Below are positions 10,899-20,647 of a stretch of DNA of 64,000 nt, piece after piece. The notes below the pieces were generated by a model. That model searched no databases and was not told the origin of the DNA. It was given only the letters and a program-made list of their open reading frames with translations. This DNA comes from Leptolyngbyaceae cyanobacterium. Lineage in GTDB: Bacteria > Cyanobacteriota > Cyanobacteriia > Phormidesmidales > Phormidesmidaceae. Both the position numbers and the translations under genes were made by a program. The stretch is taken from positions 512,001 to 576,000 of the forward strand of contig CBDHHL010000032.1 in the NCBI GenBank assembly GCA_965263355.1. The letters are read 5' to 3'. Every line of letters begins with the position of its first letter. Position 1 is the first letter of the stretch.

Positions 10899-11273
10899 AT
10901 GGCAATGGCTACTGTCGTTAGACCCCAGACAATTGAAGAACTTAAGGCAATTAGTGCAGTACCTATTGTAATTGCCAATAGTCAAGGCTTAATCACCTAT
11001 ATCAATGACTGTTTTGAAAGGGTTTTGGAATGGTCCCAGGATGATGTCATAGGTGAACTGATCACTATTATTCTTCCTAGTAGCTTTAAAGACTCTCACA
11101 ATTTGGCCTTTTCCCGATTTCAGGCATCGGAAAAGGCCAATGTTTTGAATCACCCCCTGGAGTTAATGACTATTACCAAAAGTCAACAGGAAATCATGAC
11201 CGAACACTACATCATTGCAGAGAAAGTAAACGATGATTGGTTGTTTGGAGCCATGCTTACTCCCCTCAATTAA
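10899..11273 (+). CDS. Stand-alone PAS domain protein
   Basis: PAS pattern IVIANSQGLITYINDCFERVLEW...IG...ILP...H. SD AGGAG upstream. Confidence 0.85.
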   Translation: MAMATVVRPQTIEELKAISAVPIVIANSQGLITYINDCFERVLEWSQDDVIGELITIILPSSFKDSHNLAFSRFQASEKANVLNHPLELMTITKSQQEIMTEHYIIAEKVNDDWLFGAMLTPLN

Positions 11274-11313
11274 GTAAGTAGATTCTCCAGGTCCCTAAAT
11301 AGAGGTCTCCTAA

Positions 11314-14300
11314 ATGTCTATAGAGGCTGATCCCAAGGCATTAGTAAGTCAACTGCATACGCTACGCAAAACTCTGGGCAAGATGGAGGTGGCTTTAGAT
11401 GCTGTTACTGATGCTATTGTCTGGACGGATGAACGAGGACGGATACAGTGGTGTAATGCTTTATTTGAGAAGCTGGTTCAGAAGCAGCAGCTAATGCTGT
11501 TGAGTAAACATCTAATTGATATATTACCGCTTTCTCAAGATGATCAAGGATTAACATCAGAGGATCATCCAGGCAATTTAGCCTTGTCGCAACAATGTCA
11601 AGGAACTAATTTCTATGATTTCTATCAAGACAACATTTTACGAATTCTTGAAATTTCCTGGGCCTCAGTCCAATTTGAAGATGCACGCTCAACGAGTGCA
11701 GTACTAGCAATTCGTGATGTTACTGAAAGAAAGAAAGCAGAATCAGAACTTGCACAATATCGAAAGCAGCTTGAGTCTTTAGTTGAACAGCGAACGGTTG
11801 AGCTAAGTAATGTCAATGAACATTTGCAGGCTGAGTTGTTAGAACGTCAGCGAGTTGAACAACTTTTAGTTCAAAGTGAAGCCGCCATTCGTGCTCTTTA
11901 TGAAGTAACTGCATCCCCTAAATTAGACTTTAACCAAGCAATCGAGGAATTGCTCAACTTTGGCTGTGAACAATTTAATTTGCCGATGGGGGTTTTGTCC
12001 AGGGTTCAGAGTAAACAGTATGAAGTATATCTGGCTCGATTGCCAAATCAAAAATCTGTTCGAGGAATACTTTTAAATCTTGATCATACCTATTGCCAGG
12101 ATGTAATTGCTAGTAATAAAACCCTTTGTATTCTTGCCGCGGGCAACACATCTTGGGCGAATAGTGCCTGTTACCAAAGCTTAAAGTTAGAAACTTATTT
12201 TGGTACACCTGTCTTGGTTGATAGCCAAGTTTATGGCACCCTTAATTTCTCTAGTCAAACGATTCGAGAAGAACCTTTTAGTGCTCTGGACAAAGAACTT
12301 TTGCGGCTTATGGCGCAATGGGTTGGTCGAGAAATAGAACGACAGCAAGTAGCGATCACTCTAGCTACGGCAAGAGACGATGCACTGGCAGCTACTAAGA
12401 CTAAGAGTGAATTTTTGGCGACGATGAGTCATGAAATCCGTACGCCTATGAATGCTGTTATTGGTATGACCAGCCTTTTGCTGGATACAGCGTTAACAGA
12501 TGAGCAGCGTAATTTTGTGACCACTGTTCGCAATAGTGGTAATGCATTATTAACACTAATCAACGATATACTAGATTTTTCTAAAATTGAGTCTGGTCAC
12601 CTTGAACTTGAATCTCATCCGTTTGATTTACGGTCATGTATTGAAGAAGCGTTTGATCTAATTGCTGCAAAAGCAGCTGAGAAGAAATTAGAGCTAGCCT
12701 TTCATATTGATTCAGTGATTCCCGATAGGTTTGTAGGAGATGTTACCCGTCTACGGCAGGTTTTGGTAAATCTCTTAGGAAATGCAGTTAAGTTTACCCA
12801 TCAAGGAGAGATCTCCATTTCCGTAACGAATTGGAAATCTTCATTGCCAGCTGAGATAGGTTCACAATCGCTAACTGAAACCCATCAGAGTCTCTGTTTT
12901 GCGGTTAAAGATACAGGCATTGGTATTCCTACCCAAAGAATAGAACGGTTATTTAAGGCATTTAGCCAAGTAGATTCTTCCACTACGCGTAAGTATGGTG
13001 GCACAGGTCTAGGGTTAGCTATTTGTAAACAGTTGACCGAAATGATGGGAGGTAAGATTTGGGTCGAGAGTCAAGTATCTCAAGGTAGCACATTCTTCTT
13101 TACAGTTATATTACAGGCTGCTTTAGAAAAAAGTAGCCATAAAAGAATTTTATCTCCATCTCAATTGGTTGGTAAACGATTATTAATCGTTGATGATAAT
13201 GCCACTAATCGTCAGATTTTAGAAAAGCAAACTCATTCTTGGGGGATGCTGACTCGAACAGCTTGCTCAGGTATGGAAGCTTTGGACTATTTTGAAAAGG
13301 GAGAAGTCTTTGATTTAGCTATTTTGGACATGCAAATGCCTGAAATGGACGGGATGACCCTGGCTCAAAAAATTCATGACCTCCCATATCAAGAATCATT
13401 GCCTTTGATGATGCTAACCTCTGTAGGGAAATATCAACTTTCTCAAGCAGATATTGAGAAACATTTTGTAGCATTTTTAAATAAGCCAATCAAGCAAGCT
13501 CAGTTATTAGAGAATTTAGTCAGACTTTGTACAGATAAGTTCGTTAAGTTTGAGCAGCCTAAAAAATTAGTAACAACAATTGATCACCATCTTGCTGAAA
13601 AGTATCCATTGCAAATTTTGCTGGCTGAGGATAATGGTGTTAATCAACAGTTGGCGACACAATTGCTCAAAAAAATGGGCTATCGTGCAGATGTTGTGGG
13701 TAATGGATTGGAAGCAATTAATGCTTTGGAGCGCCAATACTATGATGTGATCTTGATGGATTTACAGATGCCTGAAATGGATGGATTAACAGCCACACAA
13801 AAGATTTGTGAGCAATGGTCTGCTGCCAAGAGGCCTTGGATTATTGCTGTTACTGCAAACGCTATGCAAGGTGATCGTGAGGCTTGCCTGAAAGCTGGGA
13901 TGGATGACTATATTAGTAAGCCTATTCAGATTGAAGAGCTAGTAGCAGCATTACAGCAAGTGCCCTCCCAAGAAGTTCAAGAAAGCTGTAAAGAACAACT
14001 ATCATCAATACGGACTGAAGACAAAGAGCAAGAGCAGAAAGAAATTCAGATGCCTGCTCAAGTAATACAACCCCCTACTGTGAATGAGAATGCACAGACA
14101 ATAGAATCACCCATAGATCGGCATCAACTGTGTAATTTAATATCGATGATGGGAGGGGAAATAAGCGTCTTTAAGCAATTAGTTGATACCTATGTTAGTG
14201 AGTCTCCTGATCTGATCCAACGAATGGACCAAGCAGCTATGCAGAATGATGCTTCTGCCCTAGAACATAGTGCTCATACTTTAAAATCAAGTAGCCATTC

Positions 14301-14475
14301 TCTAGGAGCAATTGAATTATCTAACTTGTGTATGAGATTAGAAAAGATGGGACGTGAAAAACAAATAGATAACGCAATGAAACTGCTAGAAGATTTACAT
14401 GGAGAATATCAAAAAATCGAAACTATTTTAACAGCAAATGTGGATGAATTGATTTTGTATTGTAACGTTAGTTAA
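11314..14475 (+). CDS. Hybrid sensor histidine kinase PAS-GAF-HisKA-HATPase-REC-REC-Hpt
   Basis: FLATMSHEIRTPMN H-box, NLLGNAVKF, DTGIGI, GGTGLGL, two REC domains and an AHTLKSSS Hpt motif. Confidence 0.95.
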   Translation: MSIEADPKALVSQLHTLRKTLGKMEVALDAVTDAIVWTDERGRIQWCNALFEKLVQKQQLMLLSKHLIDILPLSQDDQGLTSEDHPGNLALSQQCQGTNFYDFYQDNILRILEISWASVQFEDARSTSAVLAIRDVTERKKAESELAQYRKQLESLVEQRTVELSNVNEHLQAELLERQRVEQLLVQSEAAIRALYEVTASPKLDFNQAIEELLNFGCEQFNLPMGVLSRVQSKQYEVYLARLPNQKSVRGILLNLDHTYCQDVIASNKTLCILAAGNTSWANSACYQSLKLETYFGTPVLVDSQVYGTLNFSSQTIREEPFSALDKELLRLMAQWVGREIERQQVAITLATARDDALAATKTKSEFLATMSHEIRTPMNAVIGMTSLLLDTALTDEQRNFVTTVRNSGNALLTLINDILDFSKIESGHLELESHPFDLRSCIEEAFDLIAAKAAEKKLELAFHIDSVIPDRFVGDVTRLRQVLVNLLGNAVKFTHQGEISISVTNWKSSLPAEIGSQSLTETHQSLCFAVKDTGIGIPTQRIERLFKAFSQVDSSTTRKYGGTGLGLAICKQLTEMMGGKIWVESQVSQGSTFFFTVILQAALEKSSHKRILSPSQLVGKRLLIVDDNATNRQILEKQTHSWGMLTRTACSGMEALDYFEKGEVFDLAILDMQMPEMDGMTLAQKIHDLPYQESLPLMMLTSVGKYQLSQADIEKHFVAFLNKPIKQAQLLENLVRLCTDKFVKFEQPKKLVTTIDHHLAEKYPLQILLAEDNGVNQQLATQLLKKMGYRADVVGNGLEAINALERQYYDVILMDLQMPEMDGLTATQKICEQWSAAKRPWIIAVTANAMQGDREACLKAGMDDYISKPIQIEELVAALQQVPSQEVQESCKEQLSSIRTEDKEQEQKEIQMPAQVIQPPTVNENAQTIESPIDRHQLCNLISMMGGEISVFKQLVDTYVSESPDLIQRMDQAAMQNDASALEHSAHTLKSSSHSLGAIELSNLCMRLEKMGREKQIDNAMKLLEDLHGEYQKIETILTANVDELILYCNVS

Positions 14476-14479
14476 GCCA

Positions 14480-14574
14480 GTAAGTAGGTGGTCATGGATA
14501 GACGTAGCTCTGAATCATTGAGATGCTTATTTAAAGGCTCTCAATATCCTGAGTAGTTTTGGCCACCTACTTAC
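14480..14574. repeat. MITE-like element with 15-bp terminal inverted repeats
   Basis: gtaagtaggtggtca (14480-14494) vs tggccacctacttac (14560-14574): 14/15 complementary. Confidence 0.5.
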
Positions 14575-14719
14575 AACTTGTATTCTTCAATTGATTAGCA
14601 ACTGTTAATTGAGTAGATATTTTTAGCATTGTGAGTGAAATAGGCGATTTTTATCATAAATTATCTGATTTAATCTGAAAAAATTTACTGTGGTTATACC
14701 ACCAAAAAATTAAAGAACT

Positions 14720-15727
14720 ATGGATGCAGCATTAAAAATGACTTCTTCTTCTAATAATGTTCCATTAATTTTAATTGTGGATGATGATGTCGTTTCGAAT
14801 TTTATGCTTTCTGAGATCTTGAATAAAGACGGTTATCAAACTTTGGTAGTTGAAGATGGACAGGCTGCTTTATCTGCATGTCAAAAAGGATTGCCAGATA
14901 TTATTTTAATGGATGCCATTATGCCCATTATGAATGGGTTTAATTGTTGTCAGTCACTACATATATTGTATGGTGATAGTTGTCCTCCAACTCTGATGAT
15001 CACGGGTTTAAATGATACTGAATCCGTGGAGCGTGCCTATGAGGTAGGAGCAGTAGATTATGTGACAAAGCCATTTCATTGGGCTGTACTACGTGGGCGT
15101 GTCCGTCAAGCAATTAATGCCCATCTCGCTCATCAAAAGCTCAAACAGGCGTTAGCAAAAGAGCGATTACTTCTTCAAGAGCTTAAACTTGCTAATCAGC
15201 AACTTCATCGTCTTGCATCTCTTGATGGTCTAACTAGTATTGCTAATCGTCGTGTATTTAATGAAAGACTTGAGAATGAATGGAAGAGACTATGTCGAGA
15301 GCAAGCACCACTGGGGCTTATTTTAATTGATATTGACTGTTTTAAGGCATACAACGATACTTATGGGCATTTAAATGGAGATAAGTGTCTACGTCAAGTT
15401 GCTAATGTAATTCACACCTGTGCACGTCGTCCTGCTGACATAGCAGCTCGCTATGGAGGAGAAGAATTTGCCTTAATCTTACCTAATACAAGTCTTGAAG
15501 GTGTTATGCATGTTGGTGAATCAATACAGCGACAACTTCATAAACTAGCTATTCCCCATACTTCGTCTGTAGTAGAATCTATAGTCACTGTCAGTATTGG
15601 TGCAATATCTGTTGTGCCAACCCATGTCGACTCGCCTCAAACTTTAATTAATTGGGCTGATCAAGCACTATATAGTGCTAAAAATAATGGTCGAAATCGC
15701 ATTGCATCTGCTTCCGAGCTACTGTAG
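14720..15727 (+). CDS. PleD-like REC-GGDEF diguanylate cyclase
   Basis: REC domain, then DGLT, DIDCFKAYNDTYGH, RPAD (RxxD I-site) and an intact GGEEF. Confidence 0.95.
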   Translation: MDAALKMTSSSNNVPLILIVDDDVVSNFMLSEILNKDGYQTLVVEDGQAALSACQKGLPDIILMDAIMPIMNGFNCCQSLHILYGDSCPPTLMITGLNDTESVERAYEVGAVDYVTKPFHWAVLRGRVRQAINAHLAHQKLKQALAKERLLLQELKLANQQLHRLASLDGLTSIANRRVFNERLENEWKRLCREQAPLGLILIDIDCFKAYNDTYGHLNGDKCLRQVANVIHTCARRPADIAARYGGEEFALILPNTSLEGVMHVGESIQRQLHKLAIPHTSSVVESIVTVSIGAISVVPTHVDSPQTLINWADQALYSAKNNGRNRIASASELL

Positions 15728-16142
15728 TAGCCCCATTTTTGAATAGGACTTATGAGGAGAGATGACGTAAACGTCTTTGAAAAATCGCAGGTGATGCTAA
15801 GAAAGAGTTCGTAAATTATTGTGAAGGCCTCCTAAATGGCACATCTTCCGACCCTGTATAACCAGTAGTGTCGTGAGCACTGGAGGATTTTATGAGCCGT
15901 CTTCCTGTTGGTTAATCAATCGATGACGATGGACGTCAAAGACTCCTCAGGTTGCTTAATATTAGTTTACGAACTCAATCTAATATAACTTGCATGACAT
16001 TGAACATGCATAACCACCAATCTTCAATTTGGCTTTTCCATATGTAGACTTAGCCAACATCAGGTGGACAGCAGATCTCAAACATGCCTCAATGCGATAC
16101 ATTATTTTCATGTAGACACCTAGTCTCACCATTTGAAAGGCT

Positions 16143-16180
16143 AAAACCCTTAAAATCACATTGGTGAATTCAAGGGTTTT
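16143..16180. terminator. Bidirectional terminator-like hairpin between convergent genes
   Basis: aaaaccctt...aagggtttt stem flanked by A/T tracts, 40 bp past the PEP-CTERM stop. Confidence 0.6.
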
Positions 16181-16219
16181 GAATTAATCAATGTGTCCCA
16201 CAGGACTTCATTGTTATTC

Positions 16220-16969
16220 CTAGATTTTGCGTTTAAGAGAGAGGCTACCGACGGTAGAGACTCCCGCCAAAACCAAGAGGGAAGACGTAGGCTCTGGCAC
16301 ATTAGCAGAGTCAGCTGGAGCAATTTCAAACAAATCAAGGGTAGCATCAATTTCTTCAGGACCAGCGATCGCTAGTTCAATGGCACCCACATTGGTAAAA
16401 TCGGCATTTCCAACAAAATTGGAAAAGAGAAAACTTGCGTTTAAGGGAGAAGAATTAGAAACAGGGGTATCGAAAACCTGGCTAAGGCTTGAGGTATTGC
16501 TATTGGTGTCATAGACTGTAAAAGCAAGCTCCAAACCACCAAGGTCAGCAGAAAGAATATCTAGAAAGAAACCATCTAGGTTCGTACCTCCATCTTGGGT
16601 GATGTCGATTCCACCTAAACCTGTTGAATTAACCGTACTTGGATCGTCATCACCGTCCCAAACAATTAACCCAGCTCCGAGAGTACCTACATTATTACTG
16701 AAACTGAGTACACCATTATCCACTTTTAAGCGGGTTTCCAGAAAATTGTCTGCATTTCCCAATGCTTCTAGATCCCGGAATCCACCTAAAATTCCGCTGC
16801 TAGAGTTAACTTGGCTGTTAGAAGGTATGAAACCAGATATATCCAGAAGACCAACATCTTGTGCAGCTGAAAAGTCATCTAGGACAATTGTTCCTGCCTG
16901 AGCACTGCCTACTCCGAGTAGTGCTACAGTGACTGAGCAGCCTAGAAGTAGGCTAAAGCTGTTGCGCAT
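16220..16969 (-). CDS. PEP-CTERM sorting domain surface protein
   Basis: Signal peptide ending AQA. C-terminal VPEPTS + TM + KRK. Confidence 0.92.
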   Translation of the reverse strand: MRNSFSLLLGCSVTVALLGVGSAQAGTIVLDDFSAAQDVGLLDISGFIPSNSQVNSSSGILGGFRDLEALGNADNFLETRLKVDNGVLSFSNNVGTLGAGLIVWDGDDDPSTVNSTGLGGIDITQDGGTNLDGFFLDILSADLGGLELAFTVYDTNSNTSSLSQVFDTPVSNSSPLNASFLFSNFVGNADFTNVGAIELAIAGPEEIDATLDLFEIAPADSANVPEPTSSLLVLAGVSTVGSLSLKRKI

Positions 16970-17503
16970 ATCATGAAATCTCCAAGTGATGAACTACTGA
17001 AACATCGTAAAGGCGTTACTAATCGAGGGATAAAACAGATACGGGAACATACTTATATCTATGACCGCCTTGAATAATACTCAAATCAAAAATCCTGAGG
17101 ATATTCTGATTTATAATTGATTATTTATACCAATCGTAGTTTTTCCTTTTTGCTATAGACATCAGGAGATCCACTATTTCTCTAGAGAATTTTGCATTTT
17201 AATCTTCATTAGGCCCCTTGCAAAAATGATTATGTATTAGAGTGCTGTGCTTTGTAGTCTCTCTGAGGCAAAAATCAGTCACCAAAAGTGGCCAAGGGTC
17301 TGAAGTACACACCATTTTGCAGACAATAGCCTAAAAGCGCTTCAGGTCCTTTGGGCACAAACCCAGGTGGCCACTAATCGAGTAGTCACCTATTTCTTCA
17401 ATTGACTCTAGCAACATAGTCGGACGAAAAATACTGCAGCTTAACAGGCTGGATTAAGCACACAGCCTTGGATGTGGCATGATGTTCTGACTTATCTCAC
17501 TTT

Positions 17504-18553
17504 TTACTGAGGCACAACCGGAAATTCCACACAAACAATGGTACTGACTTCGGGTTGACTACTAATCTGTAGGTTTCCTCCTTGTAATTCAGCAATATAC
17601 TTGGCAATCACTAATCCTAACCCAATGCCTTGCTGTTCATATATTGATCGTTCAAATTGATTATAAGCAGCGACTTCAGCAATTTGTTCTGGTGTCATAC
17701 CACGCCCATGGTCTTGAATGCTCAAAATCATTTGCTCGCTTTCCCAGTGATTAGTAATAATGACCGAATCACCAGATTCAGAAAACTTGAAGGCGTTATC
17801 AATGAGTTCTTCCAGTAATTTCTCGTAAAAGAATGGTGATGTTATAATGTTGCCAGGTTGTAATTTGAGGCAAAGATCAGACTGACGCTCTGATTTTGCT
17901 GATAGATTGCCGGCTCGTTTACGAAAGTGATTCTGTTTGACTGGGTGTATAGTTAAGTGGACTAGATCGGTATAGACCAAAAATTTAGTAATAGTGGCCA
18001 GGAGACGTTCGCTAGAGACTAAAATTTCATTGCTGAGTTCTTGCACCTCAGGGTCGGGCATTGTGTTCAAAATTTCAGCAAAGCCAATGATGCCATTGAG
18101 AGGGGTGTTAAGCTCATGGGGGATGGAGCGAGCAATGTTAGTGCTTAATGCGGCGAGTTGCGCCTGTGATTGTTGACGTCGTACCTCCTTTTTATCTAGC
18201 CTTGTGTGGATACAATTTAGCAAGTCTTCAGTTCTAACAGGTTTAGTTAAATAATCATCTGCTCCTAAATTCATTCCTTTGCGAATATTAAGACGATGAG
18301 ATTTAGCTGTTAGAAAAATAAACGGTATAGTTGCTGTTGAACTCTTTTTCTTTAATCTTTGTAAGACCTGATGTCCATCAATAACAGGCATCATAATGTC
18401 ACAGAGTATGATATCAGGTAATATTTTCTCTGCAATTGCAGCTCCCTTAAGACCATTTTCAGCTACTAGTACATCAAAATCACTTAGCTCTAAAATTCGT
18501 TTTAAGCTTGATCGGATCTTTTCTTCGTCTTCAATAATTAGAATTCTCATCAT
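17504..18553 (-). CDS. Hybrid REC-HisKA-HATPase histidine kinase
   Basis: REC (LCDIMMP), PHELNTPLNG, LIDNAFKFS, DHGRG, GIGLGL. Confidence 0.92.
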   Translation of the reverse strand: MMRILIIEDEEKIRSSLKRILELSDFDVLVAENGLKGAAIAEKILPDIILCDIMMPVIDGHQVLQRLKKKSSTATIPFIFLTAKSHRLNIRKGMNLGADDYLTKPVRTEDLLNCIHTRLDKKEVRRQQSQAQLAALSTNIARSIPHELNTPLNGIIGFAEILNTMPDPEVQELSNEILVSSERLLATITKFLVYTDLVHLTIHPVKQNHFRKRAGNLSAKSERQSDLCLKLQPGNIITSPFFYEKLLEELIDNAFKFSESGDSVIITNHWESEQMILSIQDHGRGMTPEQIAEVAAYNQFERSIYEQQGIGLGLVIAKYIAELQGGNLQISSQPEVSTIVCVEFPVVPQ

Positions 18554-18642
18554 AATGAATCCCTTTTGCTGAATCTATTTTGTTACCAAACCAACTAAAT
18601 AGGTCAGTAAGCTTGTCAATATCTAAATTAACGATGTTCTTA

Positions 18643-20394
18643 TTAATTTAGATATTGACAAAAAGAGAACTCTTGTAATAGCTGACGAAATTCATCGACC
18701 GGGCATGGTGCACTGAATAAATAACCTTGCACAGTATCACATCCATACTCCTGCAAGATTTTTAACTCTTCTACCTGTTCTATCCCTTCTGCTACAACGT
18801 TTAAATGGAGCTTTTGAGCAAGTTTAGTGATTGTTTCTACAATGGTCAATGAGTCGATGTCTTGGGTGATTTTACGAATAAAGCACCGATCAATTTTGAG
18901 AGTATCAAATGGAAAGCTTTGTAAATAGCTGAGGCCAGCATAACCAGTACCAAAATCATCAATAGAAAGATGAATTCCCAGCTCTTTTAGCTGTTCCATA
19001 ATATTGCGGGTTTCATCGGGATATTTAACAAAAGCACTTTCGGTGAGTTCCAGTTCAAGACAATGGGGAGGTAACTGTGTTTCCTTAAGTACTGTTTGTA
19101 TTTGTTGAAAAAGTTGATGATTGCAAAGCTGGATTGGTGAGAGGTTAACTGACACTTTAAAGTTATCAACTCCTTCCAAACGCCAGATCTGGGCTTGTTG
19201 ACAGGCTGTATGTAGAACCCAAGCGCCAATAGCGTGAATAGATCCACTTGCTTCAGCAATTGGAATAAATTCGAGAGGAGAAATCGCACCCAAGGCTGAG
19301 TTTGGCCAGCGAATTAGGGCTTCAGCACCAACGATCTGATTTTTTTCAATACTTACTTGAGGTTGAAAGTATAGTTCAAACTCCTGTTGTTTAACAGCTA
19401 CGTGTAACAGATTTTCAATCTGGTAGCGTCTGGACAGTTGACTCTGTAACGATGGATCGTAATATTGATAACTTTGTTTTTTTCGGAGTGCCTGCTGAAG
19501 AGCAATTTCAGCATTGTTTAAGAGAAATTCCCAGTCTTCGCCATCCTGTGTTGCTAGGGCAATTCCAAAGTATCCCTGTGCCTTGATTGACTGTTGATTA
19601 CAGTTGAAGGTTTCTTTGAGAGTTTCTAATAATCCATAAATAATATCAGTAATATCATCCGTTTGAGCAGTTGTAGCCAAGAGTAACGCTAAATGGTGGC
19701 TACCAAGCTGAGTAATACTTACCTTAGTGCCCTGTGTTTCAAAGTATTGCTTAAAGCGAATAATAACTTTGACCACAAGGCAATGTGCTGTTGTATGGCC
19801 ATAGCTACTACTAATTTCCAGGTATTGTCCTATTTGAAATAGTAGTAAGGGAATGACAGAGGATTGTATGCTTTTGAGGGTTTTAACCTGAATCTTAAAC
19901 TGTTTTTGAATATCATCTAGTTGGTTAATCGAGGCTTTAAGGGCACCAAGCTGGGGATGGGGATGTAATAATGCTTCTAATTTTTTAAGCTCTTGCTGGT
20001 AGGGAAGAGATAATGACTTTCGCCGCTTTAGTCGGGTTTCAATTGACGTCAAAACATCTTCAAATTTAAAGGGCTTAGTAATATAGTCGTCTGCACCTAA
20101 GTTCATGCCCTGCCGTAAATCTTCTAATGAGACTTTAGCAGTTAAGAAAATAAACGGAATGGAATCAGTGCTGATATCTGCAGCCAGTTTTTGCCTAACG
20201 CTATACCCATCTAATTCAGGCATCATAATGTCGCACAAAATAAGATCGGGAAGATGTGACTGTGCCATTACTATCCCCTGCCGTCCATTTTCAGCAGTAA
20301 AGACTTGAAAGTCATTAAGCCTGAGAAATCGCTCTAGACTCAGACAGATTTGTGGTTCATCTTCAATAACCAGGATACTAACCATGGAATGCAA
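18643..20394 (-). CDS. REC-degenerate GGDEF-EAL c-di-GMP phosphodiesterase
   Basis: REC domain. The GGDEF position reads QLGSHHL. The EAL domain is intact: FQPQ, EALIRW, VNLS, LELTES, DDFGTG, KIDR, AEGIE, QGYLFS. Confidence 0.93.
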   Translation of the reverse strand: MHSMVSILVIEDEPQICLSLERFLRLNDFQVFTAENGRQGIVMAQSHLPDLILCDIMMPELDGYSVRQKLAADISTDSIPFIFLTAKVSLEDLRQGMNLGADDYITKPFKFEDVLTSIETRLKRRKSLSLPYQQELKKLEALLHPHPQLGALKASINQLDDIQKQFKIQVKTLKSIQSSVIPLLLFQIGQYLEISSSYGHTTAHCLVVKVIIRFKQYFETQGTKVSITQLGSHHLALLLATTAQTDDITDIIYGLLETLKETFNCNQQSIKAQGYFGIALATQDGEDWEFLLNNAEIALQQALRKKQSYQYYDPSLQSQLSRRYQIENLLHVAVKQQEFELYFQPQVSIEKNQIVGAEALIRWPNSALGAISPLEFIPIAEASGSIHAIGAWVLHTACQQAQIWRLEGVDNFKVSVNLSPIQLCNHQLFQQIQTVLKETQLPPHCLELELTESAFVKYPDETRNIMEQLKELGIHLSIDDFGTGYAGLSYLQSFPFDTLKIDRCFIRKITQDIDSLTIVETITKLAQKLHLNVVAEGIEQVEELKILQEYGCDTVQGYLFSAPCPVDEFRQLLQEFSFCQYLN

Positions 20395-20647
20395 TTAAAT
20401 GATTTTGGATTTCTTTGAGGAGGATATAAAAAATGCTAAGACCGCTAACACATTTGATAAGAATCTAAATCTTTTTAGGCCTTCTAGCGTGATTGATGAC
20501 AATAAGTTCGCTCCTTAGTTAGTTTGAATTTAGGTAAATCAGTGATTCCCCTGATGACTTTTGGTATTTTGGTATGACTTACTTCTGGTTTGTTGAGAAG
20601 TCTCACTTTAAGTTGATACCCTTTTTGAGATATTGCTACTCTTAAGT

